Below, piece after piece: positions 24,050-37,302 of a stretch of DNA of 64,000 nucleotides. The notes under the pieces were generated by a model. That model did not search any database. It saw only the letters and a list, made by a program, of their open reading frames with translations, and had not been told where the DNA came from. Positions within the stretch are counted from its first letter, which is position 1; every line of letters begins with the position of its first letter. Made by a program: the position numbers and the translations under genes. Source of the stretch: Klebsormidium nitens (Eukaryota; Plantae; Klebsormidiophyceae); NCBI GenBank assembly GCA_000708835.1, contig DF237360.1, forward strand, positions 19,067-83,066, written 5' to 3'.

Positions 24050-24830
24050 AATTGACGATCTTCACTGTGCTGCTTCACAATCCATGGTAGTTGCAGCTGC
24101 CAATGCATGCTCCATTCGCCACAGACGGTGATGCGGCGACCGTAGTATAGTACTTCATGCATGTTCGACGGTGAGCTAGAGGCCCGCAATCGTTGAATCA
24201 CGTGTACCACTGAGCCATGTGTGCGCGGCCGCCGCATGGCATGTACATGCATCATATATGTAGATGGTATACTAACATGACTATATACTTGTCCGGCAAC
24301 AGGGAGTGTGACTGAGTTTCTCCATATTGGCGTATACTAATACATAGCAGGCTCCGCGGGGCCCGCAGACCATGCGGCATTTTTTTCGGAGCTAGCTGCT
24401 TAAGCATTAGTAAGTTCAATGTATATCGATATTGGCGTGCTGGCGCATGCGTGACGCATGCATCGGTATACGCCAGTGCATGTGCATGCGGACATCCATA
24501 TATATAATGGCATGGCTAGATCCGAACGCAAACGGAGCAACTGCATGAGTGACTGCATAATGGCATATCGGATTAACAACTTATAGGCTGCCAGGCTGAC
24601 CGTATAAATAATCTAACTGCAACATATGCTGCCAGACCATTGTTGCTTATTTTCCATGACTCAGCGGCCCGGCCCGGCAGCTAACTTAAAAACTGGGCGC
24701 GGCCGTATGGCCATCGCCCATCGAATTCTGGCATGCCCGACTAGCTCAGTGAACCGTACAACGATCACCATGAATCGATGATCGAGCATGGATACTGAGC
24801 ACATATATAACGGTGATCCAATCGTCGGAC
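24050..24830. other. Palindrome-dense RY-alternating island between the convergent beta-galactosidase and ARL5 genes
   Basis: GCGGCCGC 24225, GCATGTACATGC 24239-50, CATATATG, TGCTTAAGCA 24397, ATATCGATAT 24423, CGCATGCG. Confidence 0.75.
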
Positions 24831-25061
24831 TCCTACACACCATTGCGAAGGTAAGGTTTAAGGTTCAAAACGACGGCCGCCTGATTCTCAATCGTTCAGA
24901 TGGACAATTCACTTTGTTCAACGACGTGACCGAGTGTGTCTGGAATGATATTGAATGCATGTCTGACAGCAACCACATACATTGCCTGCTAAGCGTCCGA
25001 CAGAAGACAAACTGACAGTTCGGAACACAGTCGGAGGAAATATGTACAAGCCTACTTCTAC

Positions 25062-28000
25062 CTACGTCGGGGCTTTGCTCCCTGTCACGTGTTGCGCTAT
25101 CCACCCCAGCCCGTCGTAGAGGCCCTCTCCCGTGAGCGCACAGCACGCCTGGATGTGCCAGTCGTGCCGCTTTATTGAGTGCAGCGAGAGCGCATCACTA
25201 ATTTCGGCAGGGGACATCGCGTCTTTCAAGTCCTGCTTATTTGCAAACACAAGCACTACAGCGGGCTGCAAGTCTTCGTGCTCTAGTAGCTTGAAGAGCT
25301 CGTCCCGCACTATGGAGATCCGCGAGCGGTCCGTGCTGTCTACAACTATGATGACCGCGTGCGTGCCCCGGTAGTACGTCGCCCATGACGTCCGCAGACG
25401 GTCCTGCCCTCCGAGATCCCATACCTGCAGGGTTCGAGGTTGCAGGTGTTTGTGCATTTCCTTTGCGCGTTTTGTCGACAGAAACTTTTTGGCTGACCAG
25501 GGGAAACCGGATCGACGTGAAGCAGGCTGCCAGCTGTCCACCAGGATACAGGGAGGCAGGAAAGAAAGAGAATTGTGACGAGAGCTCGAGATGCTCAACA
25601 TGTAAGGGACAAGTAAATTTCGAAGCCAGGTGGAGTGTGCAGAATATTGACAAGAGGGGAGAGTGAACAGCAGAGGGGCTCGCAGGTCGGTCGTTTCTAG
25701 AAAGAAGGAGACAACGATAATCACACCGCCAATACTTCTTGCCTCTGCGGCTAGGGCAGAGCAGCTGTTGCAGGCGCGAATGGATTGCCCGGATGTTATC
25801 TCAAGGTGCTGCTCAGATGCGCAGGACGCACGTAGCTTCAACAGGCCAGAAAACGAAGACACCTTGATATGTCCGGTTAGGCCAAGACGTTTCCCAAACC
25901 GAACGGTAAAACCTTTACACGACTTCCGAACAAGCGTACTCCGTGCTTTAGTGGGGCAACTTGACGACGAAGGGCATCGAAATACTGCGACACAAATCAT
26001 CGAACACGGATTTACCAGCATCGTCCTAATTGTCCAGCAGTACCAATGCCAACGAGCATAATGCTTGGGCCACGCGAGTGTTCATGCATTATCCACAAAG
26101 CACCAGCAATTTTAGTGAGAAGTGCGCAAATCTGGGGTCCCATACAGACGAAGCCCCGCCACCACTTGTCAAGGACACAACGTAAGCTTGCAACAAGTTC
26201 CGTCGAGTAGAAACTATCTGATGACAGAATTGGGTCTAATCTCAGGCCGTAGGTAACCCACTGCTAGAGGCATTCAATAAAGAGGGTCACGGGTGGGGTT
26301 AAGAGAATGAACAGTTGAGCTAGACGCCTAAAGCAGAAGCAAGACAGGTCAACTTCAGACTGGAGTCGACTGACCTTTTGCAAGCGTATACTGCTGACCA
26401 TAAACTCACAGACCGTCGTTCAGCATGCCAAAGCGCAAGAACGGAAAATGATAATGAGTGGGAGGGGAGAGAGAGCTCACCTCGAATCTAATGTTTTTAT
26501 ATATCAGTTCCTCCACATTGCTCCCCACCGTTGGTTGCGTAACCACCACCTCCCCCAGATGCAGCTTATACAATGTTGTTGTCTTTCCTGCAAGTTCAGT
26601 AAGTTCGCGCTCATGAGTATTGATGTTCCAGAAACACTGTGCATGATAGTGAAGCTTGTCAATGTGTGAAACGTAACCAGAAATTTATCCTCCATATCGA
26701 GTCCGGTTCCACAACCTCCGGTTGCTATACCTCCGCAGGTTAACGACATAATGAATGGCCGAACAGGATTTGCGGGCTGGGGCCATCAGATACTGTCGTA
26801 CAGGAACATTTGGCTGGGGCCATACAGTCAAGGGGACTGGATTGGGCGTAGAAAGACTTGCAGTATGGAGCTGTGCAAACAGGTAAACAGTTCCCTTCTC
26901 CTTTATTGACGTGTCAGATCAATCTGCATTGCTCGTTGATACTAGATATTTTATCACATGACTTCTGTGGATTCAGGAGCTTATGATTCTATACTTGTCG
27001 AATTACCCCGTCGAGAAAGTTCAGAAGAGTGACTTTCTTACATAGACTTTCTAACTTAACCAACTAACTAACTGGATTCTCTTCAGAACTGCCACCGAGA
27101 TGGCACTGGAATATATTTCTGAGGCATGGCCTGAGCCCATACCGTACGAAGGCAACAGGATCACAAGCACTGAAGAAACGGAAGTTTAATCTGCACTTAT
27201 ACTTCTTGACGAGGAGCTGTAACTTGCCTTGCGAGTAAAGAATCAACAAGTAAATTAGCAACTTCCTGTCAACAAGCTGGATCATGCTTAAGGGGTACTT
27301 CTAAACAGGGCGAGAGAGGGCAAAAGAACTTGAATACTAAAGAGAGTAAACCTTGCTCGACTTCATGATATGCAGCCGAAATAGTTTGTCCAAACCCAGC
27401 CTGCCAACTGAAGAGCGCTATGAAGAAACAAAGCTTCACTGTACTGATCCCCTTCTCGCAGCGAGTGGAAGCACAGATTCATTTAAGGTTTAATCTACCC
27501 TGAGAAACAAGGGTTGGAAATTAGCGGCAGGTGTCGAGCTCTTAAAATCTTCAAAAGTTAGCCTGCGGAGCGCTTGAAATAGGACCTAATTCCTGATCCA
27601 TAAAACAAGGGTGGAGGAGGCCCAACACCAAACGTGAAAGTCGTATTCAAACCCTAATTTAATCACTGCCTCTACTTAGACAGGCAACTGTCAGAAACGA
27701 GAGACTACATAACGTTGCAGAGAGACTGCCATACAATTTGGAACTGCCAATTCGCTGATCCAGTAAGTTGACGACATCATGAGCCGGATAGAGGCTACCC
27801 ACGCTTTCACCACTTCTGCAGAGTGTAAAGCCAGACCAACTCCTTGACATTCTTTCACTAAGATCCAATCAAACTTTCATGATAAATTCTGGGGTTGTGG
27901 CGGCATTCTAAAACCAGGCATATGTTGACACCAGGGCGCAGCGCTGGCAGCAAGCGCTTCGAAGAGCATTCACCATTGGTATCTAATCTGGTTATTAGGC

Positions 28001-28375
28001 TCAACACTAGAAAGGGTGGGGTTAGTGAGGGGGTTCAGGGTGGGCAGGATTATGAAGCAGTTAGATGTTTAGGTTTACCTTTTAAAGTTAGCTTTATCTT
28101 TAGTACGAATTGAGCTCAACATAACTATTCCTTGAAGACTATGTCCTCATCTCTAACCTTCTGACGGGGGCATCGAGCAGCGACTGCACCAGCACACCTT
28201 GTTCAATCATCAGAAAGCCTGATGCGGATCAGTTAGTCACCTTCCGCAAAGGAGCATGCAATAACACGAAAGATACGGTACAAAACTTACCTGCGTTGTC
28301 CAATCCAACCACGACAATCTTGTACTCCTTTGCTGGGAACCAAAAGAACCATAGTCTTGATATCAGTGCCCCCAT
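25062..28375 (-). CDS. ARL5: ADP-ribosylation factor-like GTPase ARL5 / plant ARFC1, 3 exons, 184 aa
   Basis: Exons 28375-28291, 26587-26481, 25424-25062. [32 protein letters not shown] (myristoylation Gly2, P-loop), [24 protein letters not shown]. Closely matches ARFC1-type sequences from memory. Confidence 0.95.
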
Positions 28376-29254
28376 CGTTTTCTGACGTCGGTGCAGTATA
28401 TAGCTTCACCAACTATTCCGCCTACGATGGACTTGTTTCAAAACACAGAAGAGAGTTTGCCGGCTGATAGGATAATCACAGCTTTCAGCCTCTGTTCTGG
28501 ATAAACCTCCTGCCTGAGAACACACCGCAGGCTTCAGAGGTGGATTCGAGGTGAGAGATTGCCCGAGGTCACGATGAAAGGCGCTCTTGCTTTCAACAAC
28601 TTCAAACTGCATGGCACTGCAGCATGAGGAAGATGCGCCCACAATCCTCGTGAACTACCGTAGATTGAGCTGGAAATTAAAGTCAGCATGGAGTAGGTGA
28701 CATGGGGTCATCCGCGCGCAGCTCGCGCACTATGCTCGTTTGTGCCGGGGCCGGCGCGTACGTCCGTTCAAGACCGGGCCGCCCTGGGCCTGGGCCTGAG
28801 GGTTGACGTCAGCGAGCTTGCAAGCATTCATTCAATCATGGCGCCTGCCGTCTGCAATTTGCAGATCTGCAGCAGACTCTATAGAGTGCCCTGTCACTGT
28901 GTCCCCTCCCTGTCCCCTTCGAGAATTTGTTTTTGACGACGGTTGAAACTTGCCAGAGTCCTCTCTAGCTTCTGGGGAGGGCCGCCTTTCTTCATTAAAC
29001 GTAATATCCTTTTTAAGAAGATTCCTTCTGCGATCAGGGGAGCGGGCCTGCAGAATGGTGGATGATTCAGATTGATTTAAGAACCAGAGACAGAAACGGG
29101 CGGTAGGGACTCGAGGAGAAGGATCATTGTGTCGGAATCTTGCTAGTTGCACCTAGGAGCTCGCACGTAGGCAATGCAGGTTAAGCTTTGCTCTGATCTA
29201 GTGTGATCCATAAGCAAATCCAGGATTTGAGCTTGCTTCTTCGAAGCCAGCACA
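28376..29254. promoter_or_regulatory. Divergent intergenic region, ARL5 / GONST
   Basis: About 0.88 kb between opposed start codons. Inferred from geometry only. Confidence 0.5.
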
Positions 29255-32200
29255 ATGGAGAGCAATTCGAAGCCCAAGGAGCCGGTAGTGGCATCAGTAG
29301 TGGCCATTACTGTAGGGTATGCTCTCACATCGAGTCTGCTATCAATCATAAACAAGTATGCCGTCAGCGTGTTTCCATTCCCCGGCCTCCTGGCCATGAT
29401 TCAGTACCTGGTGTCGGTCCTTGCCGTGTACTTTCTTGGGAAGTTCAAGATCTTGGAGCACGACCCGCTACAGTGGGACAAGCTGAAGGCTTTTTTCCCT
29501 TCTGCGCTCGTCTTCTTCCTGGCGGTCTTCTCCAACATGAAGGTCCTGCATTACGCTAATGTAAGCCCCTTTGCCGCCTCAAGATCTGCGGAATTGATTG
29601 GAATGTGATCAGAGGGTTCCTTCAAGTAACAAAGCGTTGGGGTTTGTAGGAAGCATTTAATTCGAAGGGATCACCTTTCAGGCCGATATGTGGATCCTGA
29701 AGAAATGTCAACTTATAAGTCAGCTGAATGAGCATAAGTGCGCACCATGACTTTATTCACAACCCTAATTGAACTCTCATCTTGGTCAGCTCAGGATCTA
29801 TTTACTGAGATCTCGATTATGATGCATAATGCACCGATAGATCCCCATTCATCTGATTGCCTTGGACATTGGTGACCTATGAGTGAGCTCATGTCTCTTT
29901 CGTTTAAGGTTTCGTGTTCAGAACGAAGGCACCTCTTTACTTGAAAGCTTTCTGACTCACCTTCTGTCACTCCTCACTTTGCTGAAATATCAGACAGGAA
30001 TGAAAACCCTGAATAATTGACAAACTAATTGTCTTGCCACAGATAGCCAAGCATGTGCAGTAAGAGTACAAGCAAATAAAACATTGGTCGACACCTGCGC
30101 TGCAGATCACTGCTCACTCTAACGCTGCCTGTATCCCCACCTCACGAGCTCAATCTAGTCTTTGTTGCCACTCCCATAACGATCCTTTCTTTTGTTGTCA
30201 CCCCATCAGATTTTCATTGGTGGGTCTTCGTGTCACATCAAATCCATTTGCGTTTTTCCAGGTTGACACTTTCATCATCTTCCGGTCATCGACCCCGCTC
30301 CTAGTTGCTATCGCAGACTCGTTGTTCATGAAGCGGCCGTGGCCGTCAAATGCAACGTTTGTCTCCTTGGTTATCATCCTCCTGGGGGCTGTTGGGTGAG
30401 GTTAAGAACCTTTCAGCAGTGCTTGAGCTGAACAAGCAGTGGGACAAGGTGTAACCTTCCACTTTGAGATTTGCAGATTTCTGATCGGGCATGCTGCATA
30501 GAACAAAGTTTTCCTGTTCTTGGCACAGCAATGTACCCATCATATAAGCAGGATTGATGCGATAACTCGAGTTTGGTTGGTTGGTTTTTCCGCAAGAACA
30601 AACCAGGTTGCTGGAATTGTGGAATTCCCACTCTTGAGAGGCCTATCCTAGTGGTTGGTACCTTTGATTTCTCGGCCTTTCTTTGCCCTTTTTACCCCAG
30701 TACTGCTCTGCGCTATCTAAGGAATCTGCTGGCAGTGTCCAAGACTGTGCTCAGTGAACGGGCCTGTCATCAAGCTTTAAAACTTCACCCCCGAGTGTTG
30801 GCTAGGCCAAAAGCACGAGCTGGTATGCTTTACAGCTCAGAAAGGACAGCTTGTCCGCTGATCTGGGAGGACCAAGGTCACTATTTCTGTAGAAAGCAGT
30901 AGGAATACAATCTTGGCTACTGTTACATCTAAGTTAGCTGCTCAGCACAGTACAATGACGTAAACATCAATGGGGAGGGTCAGCTGATCCAGTTCCCCTC
31001 TTCCCCGCAGGTATGTTGCAACCGACTTTGAGATCAGTATCGCTGCTTACAGCTGGGTGAGTTTGTCCTTGACCATTCACAAACTGCTTGATTCCCGCTT
31101 GGTTCGCTTTTCGTACGGGACAGATCGGATTGCGCCCCTTGCTCTTGTTATCGGGTTAGAGTTTAGCAGGCTTGTGCTCGTGTCAGAATATGGTTTATTG
31201 AGCTGAATGGGCTGCTTGCAACAAGGTCCGATGGCACTGCACCAAAAACAACCAGACTCCAGCCTTTGAAAAAATCAAAACCGCACCCTCCTTTCAGTCC
31301 CAATCTGATCATCTAGACTGCCCCTTTTCGAAGCGATTCTGTCTGGTGGAACTGGGCTATGATTTGGTCTTGGAAGAGATTTTTGGTTGTCAGAATCCAC
31401 GAGCTCAAAGTCATTGTTGGTTGTCCGAAATTTACGAGCTCGGAAGCCTACCCCAAGACACAGCCGTTTGGAATATATCCGCGCACTAGAATCCTTCCTT
31501 GTCTCAAAATCGATCACCGTTGCTCATTGGATCGTCAAAATCGATCACCGTTTGCTCATTGGATCGTACTTACCAGCACCGTGAAGCAGAGAAAGAACGT
31601 GCTTAGCTCACAGACAGCTCCCATTTTTCAAAATGCGATCTGGCAGCAGTCACCGATGAGAAAAGGTTTGCTCCTTTTTCGTTTGCCAAAGTATCGGGAA
31701 TCCATAAGCATCGCGCAAAAACAATGTTGTCTGGCTACCAAATCACTTTTATCATGACTGATACAGTCCGTTACAAACACGTTTTGAGCACCAGTAGAGC
31801 TCCAGAGCCTGTTCGAGAACTCAATAGTGGCCGATGCTAGGCTCTGCATGCTGAACCATCCTTTGTCAAATCATGGTTCTTCTTTGGCGACCTTTTTATG
31901 ACCACCATCATGTCGACTTGGCCTCATCAACCACACTTCCTCCAATGGAAATGCACGCCGGGACTGAGTCCGCCACCATCAATGCTCGGGACTTAGAAGC
32001 GGGGTCTCGATCTTTCAACAGGCGACCTTCTATTTGATTACCATCACAACTGAGATGGTCTACATCAAGCACGTAGTGAGCACCATCGGGCTCAAGACGT
32101 GGGGCCTCGTCTACTACAACAACATTTTCGCGCTGCTCCTGTCCCCCATCTTCATCTTCATCACAGGAGAGGGCTTTGGAATTGCAGAGGTGAGGCTTCA

Positions 32201-35200
32201 TTGTACCATTCCGCTCTCCATACTTCTGGGGGATCTTCTCTCAAAAAGTGCAAGAGGAAGGAGAGGATCGCAGATGGTGCAGTGACACTACAAGCTTCTC
32301 CAACTTCGCTGTCTGCTGGTTTAGCCGTAACGATTACGTCTCCTTTCAAAATGACTGCCACGCAACCCCTAGCTTCAGTACATAGCTGATTAAGGCGCTG
32401 ACAGAGGCAGTTGTCGTAAGCAGTCGCTTCAGGTTTCAAGACGTCGTCGTTTTTCTTGGCCCTCGGCAACGAAGGGGCAACAAGGGAATCCGGCCTTGGC
32501 TAATCTGAGCTGCAAGAGTCTGTCAGGGACACCGATTTCGTTCGTTTGTTTCGTTCTTCTCGACCATTCTCGTGCTGCAAGTATTCAGAGCATCTGTTAG
32601 CAGCTGCGGTCGGGGTGGAACATTCCTTTCCAGATCTCCGTTTCTTTTAGCTAATTGCCTGCCTCCATAGGCAATTATCTCCTTCACCAGATATTACCCA
32701 GTATCTTTCATAAGCTGTGGGAGTTTCCGAGCTTCGCTGGCGGAGTTGTCGACGCCATGAAGCTGGTGAAAGAGTCATTGATCGGGATCTAGAAAACATG
32801 AGCAACTCCTGCGTACGTCTGATATCGGGCCCTCCTTTATGCAGTTGTTCCAACCGAGTACCTCCGAGCAAACGAATATGAGCGACCTGTCTGCAAGCAT
32901 CCAGGTGAGCCTTACACGTACACTCGTGCAGAGACGCACTTGCTTTTTCGCCGTGAAGATAACTCCACCCGTAGATCCTTCATCTCACGCCTATTCCGTG
33001 GTCTCGAACAAGACCCCCAGTGTGTTCCCCAGTGCCTCGGTCCGGACCGCCCTTTCCCAATGGAATGTGAATGAACAAGTTCTTACTCAATCCGTCAGTT
33101 GCTCGTCAATCTTCTGGCACTTCTTCTTGACGTCTTTTGTTCCGACGGGGCTGGCAGGATCTCCCCTCTTTCAATTCCTCATCGACGATGTCGATAATAC
33201 TCAACTCCTACCATACGGATAGAAGACGCCAAGTGCCTGACGCTCTGTTCGTATGGCCCCGTCTTCCTTTCGTGCAATTGTCGACTGGCAGGAAGCTTGT
33301 CGATCCCCTGAATTGACGAAATATCTGATCCCCATTTCCTACTATGCAGATGGAAGGTACCAAGTATTTGACGCTCGTGTCACATGGCCCTGTCTTCTTT
33401 ACGTGCAATGTCCGACTGGCAAGAATTCTTGCTTATACCGTAGATTAGCGAACTTCATACCCCCCGATCTCCTACTTTACAGATGAAAGGCGCCAATTAT
33501 TGACACTCGCGTTGTAGGGCCCTGTCTTGTTCTCTTGCAATATCGAGCGGCAAAAATCCTGTCCTCAACCCTGCATCAAGGAGATATTAGACTTTCAATA
33601 TCCTACTCTATACTTAAAGGAAGCCAAGTACCTGACACTTGCATCATACGGCCCGCTCGTGCTCTCGTGCATCTGCATGCTGGCAGGACATTGTATTTCT
33701 CAGACTTTGATTCGACAAAACCTTAAATTTTCAATCTCCTCTTTGCAGATGGAAGGCGCCAAGTACCTGACGCTCTCGTCGTACGGCTCGGTCGTGCTCT
33801 CGTGCATTGTCATGCTGCCAGAAAATCGTGTTCTTTAGACCCTAAATCGACAAATCCTGACATATCCAATCCTTTACTTGCAGATGGAAGGCGCCAAGTA
33901 CCTCACTCTCGCGTCGTACGGCCCCGTCGTGCTCGCGTGCATCTGTGAACTGTCACAAACTTGTAATTCTTGAAGCCCAATTGACAGATTTCAAGACCCA
34001 ATTTTCCTTGTGCAGATGGAGGGCGCCAAGTACCTGACGCTCGGGTCGTACGGCCCCGTCGTGCTCTCGTGCATCTTCGGGCTGGCCATCAGCTTCTTCG
34101 GCTTCTCGTGCCGCCAGGCGCTCTCCGCGACGTCGTTCACGGTGGTCGGGGTCACGAACAAGCTGCTGACGGTGCTCATCAACGTCACCGTGTGGAGCAA
34201 GCACGCGGGCACATTCGGGGTGTGCATGCTGCTCGTGTGCATCGGCGGGGGGGTGCTATACCAGGTACGGTATCGGTCTCGTAGGACTGCCAGAAATTTT
34301 CTTCTTTCCTCCCCCTGGGTTTGCACAATACTTGAGCAAGCAATGGCAAGGGGGTGCTATCTAGTCCGGTCCGAAATCAGAAGTCTAATTTTTGTCCTCC
34401 TTGGGGTTGCGCGATACGTGAGCACGCAAGCGCATTCAGGTCTGCCTACCCAATACGTTCGCAAGAGGTCCGGTACTCTAACGAACCGAGTCGGCAGTGT
34501 CCTACTTCAATGTACAGTCAACCAGAGCTCTTCTCTCCATGCTGCACCAGTAGTTTTTGCCAAGGAGCTCCTCGACAAAAGTAGACATTGTAGCTCGAGA
34601 GCTGTATCAGATCATACGGCTTGGTTTAAGGCTGACGCTCTTGGCAAGTCGTTAGAGCGCTTCGGCTGTCGACCAGGCGTCACTGAAAAGTCAACATCTC
34701 TGTTCCCGAGCACTTCGCCCCAGACCTTTGATATGAATCTTGGGATGGAGCTTTGAGCAGTTCCAGAAACATCAATCCGTAAACATAATGTATTCCGTTG
34801 CTTTTGCTCTGCCGACCGGAGAATTGGTACCCGACTCCTAATCGAACAAGGCGGCATTTGTATTTCCCAATCGGAAACAACATGTGTCTCGGCTTCGTTT
34901 CCGTCTTTTTGGTAGGGCCACCATAGGGTGTGCGCAATGGAGAGTCCGAAACCCGCACAATGTTGCGACTGTTTGCCAAATGCGTTCTGCAGCCGTGCAG
35001 ATTCCGATCAACCGTTTTCGGATCCGGCTACTCGGATGAATCCGGTTCTGGTTTGGGTTCGCATTCGGGTTCGCAGTGTCCGAAATCTTCACGACTTCGC
35101 TACGTTTGCCGGATGCATTGCAGCCGTGCACGCGCAGAGGCCGGGAGCATGCACTCATCGTACGGCGCTTAATGGAAAGAAGCGAAATCCGGATTGTGCC

Positions 35201-35931
35201 AAAAAGTCGGCCCGAAACCTGCAAATTTTTACCGTTTGATTGCGAACCAAACGGTCATCTGTAGTTGGCGACGATTCTCACTGTTAGAGTAGAGCTTGTT
35301 GCAAGTAGTGTCTGAGCCCGTAATTTTTGAACGAGGCGAAACTTAGGAAAACTGGGAGACAGGTGAACGTAGATTATTACCATCCTAACACTGGCCGCCA
35401 TGTTTGAACCATTCATGCTGTCTCCTTGTGCAGCAATCGATGACTCCTCCCAAGAAGTCGGAGACCCCTAAGCCGCCCAGAGGGGACGTTGAGGAAGCAG
35501 AGTCCACTTCGCTTCTCAAAGGGGCCTCCTCGAAAGGTGCGTCCGAACGTCCTCTTTTTCTCTTTTTCTACGTCGTCGAAAGGTGTGTCCGAACGTCCTC
35601 CTTTTCTGTTTTCTCGATTGGTGCACCGTCTACAAAAGCACGTTGACACTTGGAAGTTACGTACTGACCACGAAAAGCAAGCCCGCTTATGCGGAATGCC
35701 GGAAAGTTGCCTGACGCCTGACGTCTTGGCCTACGGCAAGAAAAGTGTAGCACCGCCCTCTTGGAAGGAATCAGACACGTGTCTCGCTGACGAAGTGATA
35801 CGATTTGACACCCAGGTTGTATGTGGCTCTTACTTCGATGAACAAACTGCTTGTGTGTTCAAGTCCACTTTTGTAAGCGATTGCCTCCACTTGTTCCAGG
35901 GGGGGCCAGCTCCAGAGTGGAAGGGCGATAG
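29255..35931 (+). CDS. GONST4: Golgi GDP-sugar (GDP-fucose/mannose) transporter, GONST3/GONST4(GFT1)-like, ~345 aa
   Basis: Exons 29255-29560, 30262-30395, 31011-31056, 32022-32189, 34016-34264, 35434-35536, 35900-35931. The last exon is uncertain; an unspliced alternative ends at 35646. Motifs: GYALTSSLLSIINK, ANVDTFIIFRSSTPLLVAIAD, EMVYIKH, WGLVYYNN, SATSFTVVGVTNK. Confidence 0.88.
31505..31567. repeat. 2 x 31-32 bp intronic tandem duplication
   Basis: CAAAATCGATCACCGTT(T)GCTCATTGGATCGT occurs twice. Confidence 0.9.
33150..34075 (+). repeat. 7 copies (~133 bp) of the GONST exon 5 acceptor plus exon head
   Basis: Heads ATGGA(A/G)GGCGCCAAGTACCTGAC...TGCAT at 33219, 33350, 33483, ~33617, 33749, 33884 and 34016 (functional). 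Confidence 0.95.
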
Positions 35932-36449
35932 AAGGGCGGCAAAGATATGCACTTCATGTACCTCAACACGGATTGTGTCCCGCAAGGAACTGTAAAGCCA
36001 TCAGGTATGGTACGCTTTGTTGGTAACAGGTACAGCCTAGAAATTGGGTGGTTTCGTATAGAAGGGCGGACAAGGTGGATGCGTTGGACAATCGACTCGG
36101 TTGAGGAGTCAAGCGCCCTTTGTAGGACCTGTGTAGGAAACCGGATGGACGGTGATTTGACATACTTGGAAAAAAGCCGCGTCCAGGTTCTTACATCAAC
36201 TTCTCTCGCAATTCGCTGTGGACATGGTTTCATTACAGGATCCTACCGTTTTTCTCCTCCTTTCAAATGATGTTGATGTTTCGATCCGGAGTCAACATTG
36301 TTGAGGTTCTCAACGAATGTTTTCTTTACTGGGGTTGATCGGCACTGGTGAAAAAAGACCATCGGCTGTTGGCCGCCTGGTCCAAGCCCAAATGTAATTG
36401 CAACTTGCTGAGTATCATAACTGCATGGCAGCATTGACATATTGAGAAT

Positions 36450-37050
36450 ACAATTAGTTTTACTTCCACTGGCTCGCTGTGTCAAACCGTTGGACTGTTG
36501 GCCGGACGGCCGCCCGGCGGGTACGGGCCGCCGCGGCCCATACCCGGGCCGGCCGGGCGTTGTTGCATATGCTGTTGCACTGCATGCGCCGCCGCGTATG
36601 ACCCAGGACTCATTGACGAGATCTCATGATGTTTCATGACATTTGACTGGGCGGCCCGGGCAGATATGTACTGACGGTATATACGCCCATATATTGGCAT
36701 GACTTTAGCTAGTATGATAAATGCAGGCGCGGCCGGTGCTTGAGCAAGCTATAATTAAGCCGATAAGTTCGTAGGATCAATGGATCATGCAGTGCGGATC
36801 GAGTATACGATCGAGCTTAAGTTAGATCTTATGGTTAAGTCGAGGAGCTCGCCATGTGCCAGCCAGCATGCGCACTGCGGGCAGCCATATGCCCATGGGA
36901 AAATTGCAGGCAGCTGCGGCAGCTGCCGGCCGGCCTGCAATTTTCCCATGCTCGATCTGAACTAGCTACTAGCTGCAAGTTCGATTCGACTAATCTTCGA
37001 CCAATGATGCAATCTGGACTACGTGTAAAATGGCAGCTCACATTGTTGAC
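36450..37050. other. Palindrome-dense island with an 18-bp perfect stem between the convergent GONST and LptC-like genes
   Basis: Dense GGCC/CCGG/CATG/TATA motifs; CATGGGAAAATTGCAGGC-N21-GCCTGCAATTTTCCCATG at 36894-36950. Confidence 0.75.
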
Positions 37051-37302
37051 ACTTATAACTCATTAGAAATTGCCTGCTGAATTCAGTATGTGATCGAATT
37101 GTCTCGGCAGGTGCCTTTCCACATGCATAAAAGTGTACAAAATGATCGGACTTGTCCGATTCGTGTCGCCCATTTGGGTTTGTGTTTGCAATTGGCGTGC
37201 TCTTGCGTGTACATGACGGTTTGATAAGGAAGCACGTATTCACTGGAACAAATCTCCGGTAATGGGCTCATATTGGCGCTTCATTTTGGACTCTCCCGAC
37301 AG

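Noticed and set aside
25062-26021. 319-aa ORF as a single-exon ARF with a long N-terminus
   Set aside because: The upstream part is intron read-through; the P-loop lies in exons at 28375-28291 and 26587-26481.
33150-34015. Array copies as mutually exclusive exons
   Set aside because: Each copy holds only the exon head. I found no donor/acceptor pair that restores the rest of the exon in frame, and several copies have stops or a lost AG.
34900-35260. hAT-like MITE starting TAGGGTGTGC with CCGAA/TTCGG-rich interior
   Set aside because: I found no matching right TIR or TSD.
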